Assembly (NCBI GenBank): GCA_963746845.1 | Contig: CAVVCZ010000006.1 | Location: forward strand, 1 to 64,000 | From: an uncultured Chloroflexia bacterium | GTDB taxonomy: Bacteria > Chloroflexota > Limnocylindria > Limnocylindrales > CSP1-4 | Direction: 5' to 3' | DNA: 64,000 nt | Shown: one piece after another, positions 44,068-52,986 of the stretch | How the letters are laid out: every line of letters begins with the position of its first letter | Position numbering within the stretch: the first letter of the stretch is position 1 | Notes under the pieces: generated by a model | Databases searched by the model: none | What the model was told of the DNA's origin: nothing | The model's input: only the letters and a program-made list of their open reading frames with translations | Translations under genes and position numbers: made by a program

Positions 44068-44151
44068 GTGGATTTCCGAACACTACTCGTAATCCTCTTT
44101 GGAATAGTTCTGCCGGCTCTTTTCATTGCCTTTTACTTGATCAGCCCCTAG
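44068..44151 (+). CDS. 27-aa single-TM peptide 2 MDFRTLLVILFGIVLPALFIAFYLISP
   Basis: GTG 6 nt after TG-T-TACCAT; G12, V14, L15, P16 aligned with peptide 1. Confidence 0.7.
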   Translation: MDFRTLLVILFGIVLPALFIAFYLISP

Positions 44152-44188
44152 AGCAAGGCGCCGAGCCCGAAGACCCGACGCCACCAAG

Positions 44189-44407
44189 CTAATGGCGACG
44201 CTTCTTGACGAGTTTCTTCTTTCCGCGAGGCGTATCAACAGGGAGTTGCTTAGTCGCCATTTCTGCTAGGATCGAAGCAAAGGCCCTCGTGATCGGTGCT
44301 AGTTGCGCTGCGTAGTCTAGTTTGTCGGTCTCCATCGCCCACCTCAGAAGCTCGATCAAATGATCGTTGAGCTGTACAAGTCGCCCGAGATTCACTGCGT
44401 CGCGCAT
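44189..44407 (-). CDS. 72-aa helical protein with basic tail, paralog B
   Basis: MRDAVNLGRLVQLNDHLIELL...RGKKKLVKKRRH. Confidence 0.75.
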   Translation of the reverse strand: MRDAVNLGRLVQLNDHLIELLRWAMETDKLDYAAQLAPITRAFASILAEMATKQLPVDTPRGKKKLVKKRRH

Positions 44408-44595
44408 AACATGGTGTTCCTTCCGCGCCGTTTCCGGCGAAAACAAACAGGGCACCAATGATCGCCAAGACAGAGAATAAACTCTGCATCGTAGTCACGC
44501 CTCAAGGAGCGTTCTTGTACCGCACGTCACAGAGATAAAGCAATCCGGCGCCAGTTGTCCTGGCGCGCTATCCTCTGTTACCATTTTGCTTGATT

Positions 44596-44676
44596 ATGCT
44601 CTCGTCAACTATCGTGATTTTGCTTGGCGCGGTTCTGCCCGTTCTTTTCGTTGTCTATATTTGGTTCTTTGCATAG
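44596..44676 (+). CDS. 26-aa single-TM peptide 3 MLSSTIVILLGAVLPVLFVVYIWFFA
   Basis: Follows TG-T-TACCAT (44576-84), in-frame TTG at 44590; conserved GxVLP. Confidence 0.7.
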   Translation: MLSSTIVILLGAVLPVLFVVYIWFFA

Positions 44677-44799
44677 AGCGGGCGCCGAGCCTAAGCCCGC
44701 GGGTGCGTGAGCCCATGAACTGATTTTAGCTTCCGGATGCCGACAGTCGCGTAAATCTCCTTCGTTGAGATGCTCGCATGACCGAGTAGTTGTTGAATC

Positions 44800-45699
44800 A
44801 CTCGTATATCGGAGCGAACCGCCTTTGTGGCGATCGTTTCGGCTTACCTTGTCGAATCGGTGGTAACCGGCAAGAGTAAGAAGCGCCTGGACGCGCTCGA
44901 AATAAATTTCCGCCGTTTCATCGTTCCCCACTTTGGCGAGAATACCGCAGTCACTGCCATCACTCACACGCAAGTCGAGTATTTCATCAGCGTACAGACC
45001 CAGCGCGGGGTAAAGAATTCGACGGTCTGGCACTATGTCTCGGACCTTCGCGCCTGTTTGAATTACGCCATCAGGAAGGATTGCTGCGAGATAACCCGGT
45101 GAAGCGTGCCGACAAAACCAGAATCATGAACCGCAAGGTGATCAAGCCCCCGCTCGATCCTCATGCCGTCGACCTGGCGGCCGAAGCGATCGCGCACCCC
45201 GTTGACAGGGCTTGGTTTAACGTCGTTCGATTCGTCGGCTTGCGCAAGGATGAAGGCAATCGGCCCGAATGGTCAGACATCAATTTCGAACTGGCAATAC
45301 ATTCGAGGCAGCAAGACCGAAGGGGCCGACGTTTGGTTACCGCTGGCGCCGATCGCGCTGCACACCTTGCGCGAATTGAGAAAGATCAGCGACCCCAAGA
45401 ACCCGCTGATATTCCCGGGAAGGTCGGCACAGAGCAAAGGAAAGAAAGACTACGAGTGCGGCCTGATGTTCAAGAAGATCTTGAAGAAGACCGGCATCAC
45501 GCTTATGCCGAAGGATCTCCGTGATTACTTTTGCAATGAGGTAGCCGCACCCACGCGAGACCCCGCCGTTCTCATGCGCTTGATGCGTCATCAGTCCTTG
45601 GAAACAACGACAAAGTACCTGCGCACCGTACCGGAACGCATGGAGGATGCTGTCAAGAATCTGGGGCGAGCTTTGGTGGTGGATTCGATTCAAATCTAG
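44800..45699 (+). mobile_element. tyrosine recombinase/integrase, N-terminally truncated and frameshifted
   Basis: SAM-like domain then GLRKDE (R), GSKT (K), PKDLR, RH, TTTKY across three frames. Confidence 0.85.
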
Positions 45700-45758
45700 T
45701 GCAGAAAGCGACGGAAAACGACAATGCGCCAGAAAATATTGTTGCATTGAATGAGGGT

Positions 45759-47276
45759 TCAACTACGCGAAATAGTTCGGTGAATGTGGACGGCATTGGG
45801 ACCAGTCAAGACGCTATCGACATGCCACATGGCCAGGCAATCGTCTTGGTTGTAGATCAGCGCGCGGTCGATGGCGAACAGGTCGGTGTTTTCCAGATAA
45901 TCCCAGTAGCAGACCATGGACTGATAGGCGCCGATGTCTTTCTGGCGCCAGTGAAAGCCCAGGGCGGGGGCGACGGATTTGATCGAGAAGGTCGGCACGG
46001 GCAGGTAGACGGCGGCCTGAATCGCTGCTTTCAAGTCGACGCATTTGGCGACGATCTGTTCGATCGAAGCGGACAGCAGTGGCCAGCGGCGGGCGACGCG
46101 GTGCATCTGGTGAATTTCAAAGTCGGTCCAGTGATACAAGCAAACATCGCGCGGGTCGCCGACATAGTCGAAGAACTCGGTGAAGATGCGCGCTTCATCG
46201 GCCGCGCCACGGGCGAGAAACTTGACGAATTGATCGCGGCTGCCGTCGTAACAGCCGATGAGATAGGTGTGCGGCGGCTCGCTCGGATGGATTGCATCGG
46301 AAGTTTCGAAATCGAAATAGAGCAGACGCTTGGCGCGCGGGATATCGAGCTCGCGGCCGGGCCGCAAAAGCGGGCCACCGAATTTGTAGGCCTGGCTGAC
46401 ATGGTGCGCGATCTCGCCATAATGTTCGCCGATTATTTCCACGAGTTCTTCCTGCCGCAGGTTCCATGCTTGATCGACTCTGTGAATTCCGGCGCGGCGC
46501 AGCTTGTCGCGTTCGCGCTTGGTGAGGCCGGCCAACAAGATCAGGTCGCGCTCGTCGCTGGCGCGCTGGTTGGCGTAGAGGCGCCAAGGCGAACTCGCTG
46601 CGTTGGGTGGACGATTCATTTCGGGGATGACGCTGCCGTTTCGCAATTCATTCCAAAACTGGCGCGCTGCGACAACCTCTTCGGCTTTTTCGGAAAAGGC
46701 AACAGTTGTTTCGCTGTCTTTGAGAACGATGGTGAACTCGTCGGGCACGAGGCCCTGAAGCTTGCCGATGTTTTCATTGTAGAAAGCGCCTTGGAGCGCG
46801 TGGGAAGCTTGCAGAGACTGCGATCTTTTGATTTCGATGACGCGGTAGTGAAATGGCCCGAGATCCGACGGTGCCGAATCGTCGCGAATCAGTAAGTCGC
46901 CTTTTCCGTAGATCGTCTGCGCTAAATCCCACAGCTGGGGTTGATAAATTGCCCGCGGGCCGGCGAGCAGGGCGCGGCAAGTATTTTTCAGCGCCTCGAA
47001 CCCGAAGCCCGGTGTGATTTCCATGGCATCGGGATAGTTGCTTTTAACCCAGCGCCGCTCGTAGTCGACGCCCTGCTGCATGCGCAGTCTTTCATAGCGC
47101 GTGGTTTCATCGACGGCGGCACTTTTCGGCGCATGATGTTCGCACCAGAGCCAGAAGGGATCTTTGAGCAGGTAGTAGCTGTGCGAGGGGCGAAAAAGGT
47201 TGTGGCGGTTGAATTTCTGCCCGGCGGTGGCGCGCTGGATCAATGCCTCAAGGGTGACTTTTGCCGTTGTCGTCAT
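45759..47276 (-). CDS. TM0106-family RecB-like nuclease with C-terminal RNase H-like domain
   Basis: GKGDLL...YRVIEIK (PD-D/ExK), YFDFET, FSIKSVAPALGF, YNQDDC. Confidence 0.85.
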   Translation of the reverse strand: MTTTAKVTLEALIQRATAGQKFNRHNLFRPSHSYYLLKDPFWLWCEHHAPKSAAVDETTRYERLRMQQGVDYERRWVKSNYPDAMEITPGFGFEALKNTCRALLAGPRAIYQPQLWDLAQTIYGKGDLLIRDDSAPSDLGPFHYRVIEIKRSQSLQASHALQGAFYNENIGKLQGLVPDEFTIVLKDSETTVAFSEKAEEVVAARQFWNELRNGSVIPEMNRPPNAASSPWRLYANQRASDERDLILLAGLTKRERDKLRRAGIHRVDQAWNLRQEELVEIIGEHYGEIAHHVSQAYKFGGPLLRPGRELDIPRAKRLLYFDFETSDAIHPSEPPHTYLIGCYDGSRDQFVKFLARGAADEARIFTEFFDYVGDPRDVCLYHWTDFEIHQMHRVARRWPLLSASIEQIVAKCVDLKAAIQAAVYLPVPTFSIKSVAPALGFHWRQKDIGAYQSMVCYWDYLENTDLFAIDRALIYNQDDCLAMWHVDSVLTGPNAVHIHRTISRS

Positions 47277-48030
47277 TCGACTATCCACCCGCCAACAGAT
47301 ATCTGCTCACGATTGGAAAAATTTATCGGCGGCGTCGATATGGACCCAATGGCCGGTGTTGGCGGACGACCAGGCCATTCGGGAAGCGCTCGCGGATTTC
47401 CGGAATGTTTGTCATGGGCAATGAAATTTGACCGGCCCGCTCGAATGAAGCAAGTTTGGCTAGAGACGGCGCCATCGGCGCTGAACGCTTCAGTAAGCGC
47501 ATCATAATTTGCGATAATCTCTTCCAAGCCGATGCGCCAATGGAATCATGCATCCGTACCGCAGGCGAGATTGGCAATCAAGAACTGGCGTAGCGTCGGT
47601 TCCGGAATGTTTCCTGTGTGCGCCCGGTCGGCGTCGCTGGAGGTCTACCCGCTTGCGAGCGTAAGCGCCTCTAGGCGGCAGCGGGCTTATGCGCGGCGGG
47701 CTTCGGGCGCGATGTCGACTACGACTAGCCCATTGATGGAACTGGCGTTGACCGCGGCGCATTGCCGGGCCACCTTGCCGACCATGGAGTGGCCGCATAG
47801 ATGGGCACGATCGAGTTCTCGCGGCAAAAAATTCTCTCACATCCTTCGCCATGGCGCATGATGCGTCACCGGATGATGCGCTGAGGCGCCGTGATTTCTC
47901 AAATCTAAATCATAGACTTTGAAGTAGACAGCGAGCCGCTTGACGATGGCGCGCCAATTGTCGGTCGCGCCGAGAAAGCCTGCAGGGTGATCCTCGGGAC
48001 ACCGATCCCTTGGACTTGGAAGTTGAGACG
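47273..48030 (-). pseudogene. degraded YbfF-like alpha/beta esterase
   Basis: Fragments GFLGATDNWR, LDLRNHGAS, MAKDV, GHSMVGKVA, VVVDIAP, FIRAGRSNFI in several frames. Confidence 0.7.
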
Positions 48031-48214
48031 GATGGTTCTGGTTGTGGCGGGCGGCCGACGAAACTCTGCCAAGATCGGGAGCAAGGAAGCGCCGCGAGGC
48101 GCTCAAGTTCGAAGAGAGTTGCGAAGGAATCGTTGAGGCGGGGGGTTAACAACGCGCTGGCGATCGCAAAGGAGAGTAGCGCTAGTATGTCGGTTGCCGT
48201 GAAACGAGCCGTGA

Positions 48215-49780
48215 TCAGCCGCCGACTCGCGCCACGGCGTCGCCGCGGATATATCCTGGCGGCCGGCCATGTTTGGAGTGAATCTCCAGCCAGCCATCGC
48301 GGGAGTTGACGACGTTTACTTTAAGGCCGGCTTCGATCTCGCCCAGTTGCTGGGCAAACTCTGTAGGCGCGGCGAAGACCCGGGTGCTGCGAGTGACTTC
48401 GTAAGTGCCCGCGGCTGCCTCCGGCTGTATTTTGGTTTGTCTTGCCGGGTGCGCCGTCGCTGTCTCGTTGGCCTTGCCGACCGGGGTCGCCGAAGCGACC
48501 GCATCGCCAGCGGGCGCGCGCTTCAGTTGGACCGGCGTCGGCGCGGCTTTTTTCTCCGGACCGGCTAGCGCCAACGGTTTGGCGGCGTGGATAACCGGCT
48601 GCTCGCCGCTCTGGCTCCAGAACAGCGCCGCCATGGCAGCGCACACCACCAGGGCAATCAAAGCGTGGAAGATACCGAGGCCGCGTTTGGCCTGGGGTGC
48701 TAATTCTTGGTTGACGGGGTCGGTACGGACCGATGCCGTCGCGGCATGGTGGCTGTCGCTACCGTTGTTTGACGCCGCCATGTGCAGCAACGCTGCCGGC
48801 GCGACCGTGTCCGGCTCGGATTGGAGATCGAATAATGTCGGCGCGGCAATGGTGCCGTCGTGGGACGCCGAGATAAATTGCGCGAAGGCTTTTAGCTCGC
48901 CATGATAGGCGCGTTGATGCTCGATGATCGAGCTTTGTTTGGCGACCAGCTGATCGTAAACCGGCTGCAGGGCGAGCAGGCGATGCTTGATTTCTTCGCT
49001 GGCGGCGATCCGCTCTTGCCATTGAGGAATCTCATCCTCGCGCCGCCGCAGTGAGTCGCGCAGCTCGCGCTCCAGCTTCTCCGATTCGCGGATGCGCTGC
49101 TGCAGAGTGTCGAGCTGGCGGGTGATTTCGGCGCCGGCGCGCAAGTCTTTTTCCAACTCGGCGATTCTCGCCTGGAGCCTTTGGCTTTCTTCCTGGTGGC
49201 TGGCTTCGTTGGCGCTCGCATCGGCCACGGGCGTAGGCGAGTTTTCCAGTTGGCGAACTTTTGACTGGCTTTTTTCCAATTGCTGTTTCAAATCGATGAG
49301 CGCGTTTTCCAACTGCGTCTGCCGTTCGCCGGCGCCACTGTCGACGACGCTGGCATTCTGGACTTTAGCTTCGCTCTCCTGCAGCTGGCGGCGCAGCTCT
49401 TGCACTCGAGCGTCGAGTTGGGTGTTGGCGCTGCGTAACTGTTCCACCTGGGCGAGTGTCGTGTCGTTTTCGGCCGCGGGCTTGCCGGTGCGAAGTTCGT
49501 CGATGGCCCGGTGGGCGGCTTCCAAATCGTCTTGCAACAAGGCCATTTCTTTTTTCAGCTCTTGGTTATTGGCGCGCAGGCCGGTGACCTCGGCGCCGTT
49601 GCCGCCGGCTTCGCTGCTCGCCGGGGCGGACGCCATTGGGGCGTCTTCCAAGCGGGTCAAAAGGTCGTTGATTTCGCCGCGTTTTTTCTTGAGCTCTTTC
49701 TCGGACGCGACCAAGAATAGGCCGAGCAACAGTACCGTCGCTCCTGAAAACAATACGATCCAGAGGAACATGCTCTCCAT
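48215..49780 (-). CDS. membrane-anchored long coiled-coil protein with second TM and C-terminal SH3-like domain
   Basis: N-terminal TM, heptad-rich middle, TM IFHALIALVVCAAMAALFW, VNVVNSRDGWLEI...PGYI. Confidence 0.8.
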   Translation of the reverse strand: MESMFLWIVLFSGATVLLLGLFLVASEKELKKKRGEINDLLTRLEDAPMASAPASSEAGGNGAEVTGLRANNQELKKEMALLQDDLEAAHRAIDELRTGKPAAENDTTLAQVEQLRSANTQLDARVQELRRQLQESEAKVQNASVVDSGAGERQTQLENALIDLKQQLEKSQSKVRQLENSPTPVADASANEASHQEESQRLQARIAELEKDLRAGAEITRQLDTLQQRIRESEKLERELRDSLRRREDEIPQWQERIAASEEIKHRLLALQPVYDQLVAKQSSIIEHQRAYHGELKAFAQFISASHDGTIAAPTLFDLQSEPDTVAPAALLHMAASNNGSDSHHAATASVRTDPVNQELAPQAKRGLGIFHALIALVVCAAMAALFWSQSGEQPVIHAAKPLALAGPEKKAAPTPVQLKRAPAGDAVASATPVGKANETATAHPARQTKIQPEAAAGTYEVTRSTRVFAAPTEFAQQLGEIEAGLKVNVVNSRDGWLEIHSKHGRPPGYIRGDAVARVGG

Positions 49781-49825
49781 AGCGATCTCCCGTCGAGTTT
49801 GAGGCTGAATTTGATGACTGAATAA

Positions 49826-49841
49826 CGCTAAACTCATGCCA
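49826..49841 (-). promoter_or_regulatory. putative sigma54 -24/-12 promoter
   Basis: Minus strand TGGCATGAGTTTAGCG (GG-N10-GC). Confidence 0.5.
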
Positions 49842-50099
49842 CTTGACGCAAGGCTAGTTACCTAGAGACAAGCAAGGTAGTTCCGGAGATCATTCGATAC
49901 TTTGCCAGACAGTTTTCCGGGTATTCCGGCTGAACAGAGCTGCACAAATCGGTGAATCGTTACGAAAACTGTTTAGCTATGTCTGCGTTGCCCGCGGCAG
50001 CAGCGCTGGTTCCGAGGAAAAAAACTCGCATCGTCTGGCAGATCGCTGGCGCTATGAGCGTCGTTGGGCTAAGAAAAATTACCCCAAGATGTCCTTCCA

Positions 50100-51007
50100 T
50101 GATCCCGCAATCTCAAACCGCCACGCCGCCAAAGAATCTATCCATCGCCGAAGAGCGGGCGATCCTTTCGGTGACCTGTCTGGCGGCGTTTCTATTCTTC
50201 AACAGTTTTGGCAGCATCAGCGTCGCCCTACCGGCGATTCAGAAACAATTTGGCAATAGTTTGTCGGAGATTCAGTGGGTCACGCTGATGGGCGTGGTGA
50301 CGATCTCCAGCTTGTCGTTCTGTTTCGGCCGTGCCGGCGGTATTCTCGGCCAGCGCCGGCTCTACAAGATCGGTGTGGCGCTTTATGCCGCCGGCGCCGG
50401 CTTGGGCGCGCTGGCGCTGTCGTTTCCACAGCTGCTGATCGCGCGCGCGGTGATGGCGGTTGGGCTGGCGATGGCGTTGCCGATGTCGACGGCGTTGTTG
50501 GCCGGCAGTTTCGCCGCCGCGCGGCGCGGCCAGGTGCTGGGCACCTTCGCCTCGGCTATCGCCGTCGGGCGCATGTCTGGGCCGACCGTCGGCGGCTTGC
50601 TCTTACAAATGGGCGGCTGGACCTGGATCTTCTGGATGAATTTTGTCGTCGGCTTGGCGGTGACGTTGGCGGTGGTGAAAATTTTTCGCGGCGCCGGCGA
50701 GCAACGGCCGGAGAAATTCGACATCTGGGGCTCGTTGGCCTTACTGCTTGGCTATCCGTCGCTGTTGATCGGCTTGAGTTTTGGCGCCCGCCTCGGTTGG
50801 AGTTCGTTGCCGGTGATCCTGTGCTTTGCCGTCGCCACGATTGGGCTGGTGGGTTTCGTCGGCATCGAACTGCGCACCGCGAAGCCGTTGGTCGATGTGG
50901 CGATTTTTCGCAATAAAATGCTGTCCGCGGCTATCGTCGCGCTGATCCTCAGTCATATGCTCCACAATCCGATCGCCTTGGCGGCGCCGCTTTATTTGCA
51001 AAACGTG
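50100..51007 (+). CDS. DHA2/EmrB-like MFS transporter, truncated at junction
   Basis: VALPAIQKQF, GILGQRR, GPTVGGLL, WIFWMN; stops after PLYLQNV. Confidence 0.85.
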
Positions 51008-51219
51008 AAGAGGTCGAGCGGGCGGCCTCCGAGACGGGCGATCAAGTCGTCGATGACCGGCTCGAAGACGGCGTCGACACCACCTGCCTTGCTCAGCGCA
51101 TTGCCGAAGTCGAACAGGATCGTCCGTTCGATCGGCTGGCCGTTCTCGGTATCCGGGATCGAGACAAGGATCGCGTCGCCGAAGCGCACGTCGTAGGCCC
51201 GGACGATCAGCTCGCTCAT
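51008..51219 (-). CDS. N-terminus of ComEC/Rec2-like MBL-fold hydrolase, truncated at junction
   Basis: YDVRFGDAILV, ILFDFG, RPLDLF then cut just before the expected THxHxDH. Confidence 0.7.
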
Positions 51220-52982
51220 TCGTCCAGGTCCGATACGACGTGGAGGAGCCGGGCCGTCTGCTTGACCCGGAGGATCCCGCTCGTGGCGACGGCGTCGATG
51301 CCGGACGCGGTTCGTTCGCCGTGAGCCCGGACCTCGGGCTCGGTGATCTCGACGATCCCCCGGCCGACGAGGTCGTCCAGCATCGCGTCGCGGGCGGCCC
51401 GGCGCCCCGCGAAGTCGAGCGGCCGCTGGAGCGCCCGGATCCGCTTCGCATTCGAGTCGATGACGAGGGTGGTGCCGGTCTGGACCCGGCGCCGCGGCGG
51501 ATCGAAGCCGCGTGGGTTGTCCTCGACCTGGCTCCAGCGGACCTTGAACAGCAGCTCACGGAACGGCGTTCCCGCCTCCTCGGCGGCGGCGGCATCGGCC
51601 GGCGGCTCGTCGTCGTCGTCGGGGGCGCCGGCGGCGGCCGCGGGCGGCGCCGGGGCCTGGCCGGCATGTGCTGCCGTCTCGTCGGGGCTCTGGACCCGAC
51701 CATCGACCACGACGCGCTTCAGCACCTCGAACTCCGCGTCATCGGGGATCTCGAGCAGGTCGCGATTGACGTCCGCGAACTTGTACGCGACCCAGTCGCT
51801 GTCCGCGAGTCCCTGGAGGTCCGCGGCGGCGACTGCCGGGTGGTCGATGTTCACCCTGACGTCGAGGGCTGACGCGTCGGCGACGATCCGGCGCGCGACG
51901 AACTTCGTCCGGAGTTTCTGGCCCCACTGCCGATCCCCCGGTGACGCCTCGTCGGCCGCGAGGATCGCCCGCCCGAAGTCCGCGAACGTGACCTCGCCCG
52001 GCGGCAGGTAGTCGAGTCCTCGGAGGACCATCCGTCGGAAGAGGCCTGCCGCGACGGCAAGCGCGAGTCCGGACGCCTTGAACCGGTCGCCACCGAACCG
52101 GCCCGCGTACTCGTCCTTGAAGGACTCGTGCATCTCGACGATCAGCTCGTACAGGACGCCGCTGATCACCTCGCTCAGCGCGTGCGGCTCGATCTCCTCG
52201 TTCTTCGGATCGATCTTCGCGTCGTTCTTCAGGTTCCGGAGATAGCCGGGCCTCCGCCCGCCGGCGATCGCGTCGCCGAACTGCTCGCCGATCGAGCTGA
52301 ACGCGTTCGACTTGTCGATCCGGCCGCCCGTCGCGTCGAGGATCGCGTGGGTCAGGCGACTGCTGTCGAACGCGATCAGCATCGCGGTCAAGTCGGCGAT
52401 CCCCTCGTGGAGCGCGAGCCCCTGTGGGTCGAGGGCGTCGTAGAGGTCCGGATCGATCCCGTCGATCAGGGCATGGGCCGTCTCGTGGGAGACGATGTCC
52501 CGCGAGAGGCTCGTGTAGATGGTCTTGCCGTCGGCATCGAACGAGAAGAACTGGAGGCTGTGCGAGGCTCGCTCGTAGTAGGCGTTCTCCATCCAGCCGG
52601 CGCGCGGGACGAGGAGGAGCTGCGGGGCATCGAACCCCCAATGGATCTCCCGGCCGAGGGTGCGCTTCTCCTCGAACAGCTTGATCGTCCGCCAGACGGT
52701 CGCGAACGCGCTGACCGCGATGAACGGCGGCGACTCGATATCGTCGCGATCGACGGTGTACCGGCCCAGCGTGCGCCCACCGGATGGCGGCTCGAACGGG
52801 ACCGGGTCGAGCAGGGTTTCGCTGTCGGGGTCGAGGTCGACGACGGCGAGCCGCGGCGTGATCGGGCCGGCGAGGAAGTGGTCCTGTTCCAGGCCCTTCC
52901 AGTCCTCGACCATCCGGCCCACCGCGGTCTCGGCGATCTCCGGGTCCTGGATCATCATCGGCAGCCGGGCGCGGGTCGCCAT
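51216..52982 (-). CDS. gluzincin (M4/M36-like) metallopeptidase
   Basis: ENAYY, SHETAH (HExxH), ALHEGIAD, EPH. Confidence 0.85.
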   Translation of the reverse strand: MATRARLPMMIQDPEIAETAVGRMVEDWKGLEQDHFLAGPITPRLAVVDLDPDSETLLDPVPFEPPSGGRTLGRYTVDRDDIESPPFIAVSAFATVWRTIKLFEEKRTLGREIHWGFDAPQLLLVPRAGWMENAYYERASHSLQFFSFDADGKTIYTSLSRDIVSHETAHALIDGIDPDLYDALDPQGLALHEGIADLTAMLIAFDSSRLTHAILDATGGRIDKSNAFSSIGEQFGDAIAGGRRPGYLRNLKNDAKIDPKNEEIEPHALSEVISGVLYELIVEMHESFKDEYAGRFGGDRFKASGLALAVAAGLFRRMVLRGLDYLPPGEVTFADFGRAILAADEASPGDRQWGQKLRTKFVARRIVADASALDVRVNIDHPAVAAADLQGLADSDWVAYKFADVNRDLLEIPDDAEFEVLKRVVVDGRVQSPDETAAHAGQAPAPPAAAAGAPDDDDEPPADAAAAEEAGTPFRELLFKVRWSQVEDNPRGFDPPRRRVQTGTTLVIDSNAKRIRALQRPLDFAGRRAARDAMLDDLVGRGIVEITEPEVRAHGERTASGIDAVATSGILRVKQTARLLHVVSDLDE

Positions 52983-52986
52983 CGTG

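Larger units (their letters stand above)
42945..44543 (-). repeat. four dispersed copies of a 29-bp motif (putative minus-strand promoter)
   Basis: ttctaccgcacgNcacagagaYaWaRcaa at 42945, 43717, 43995 and 44515 (copy 4 begins ttgtac). Confidence 0.85.

Noticed and set aside
42945-44543. CRISPR array
   Set aside because: The 29-bp repeats are separated by 250-740 bp containing genes; no cas genes
45700-45790. tRNA or att site after the integrase
   Set aside because: No tRNA 3' end or direct repeat matching the left island boundary was visible
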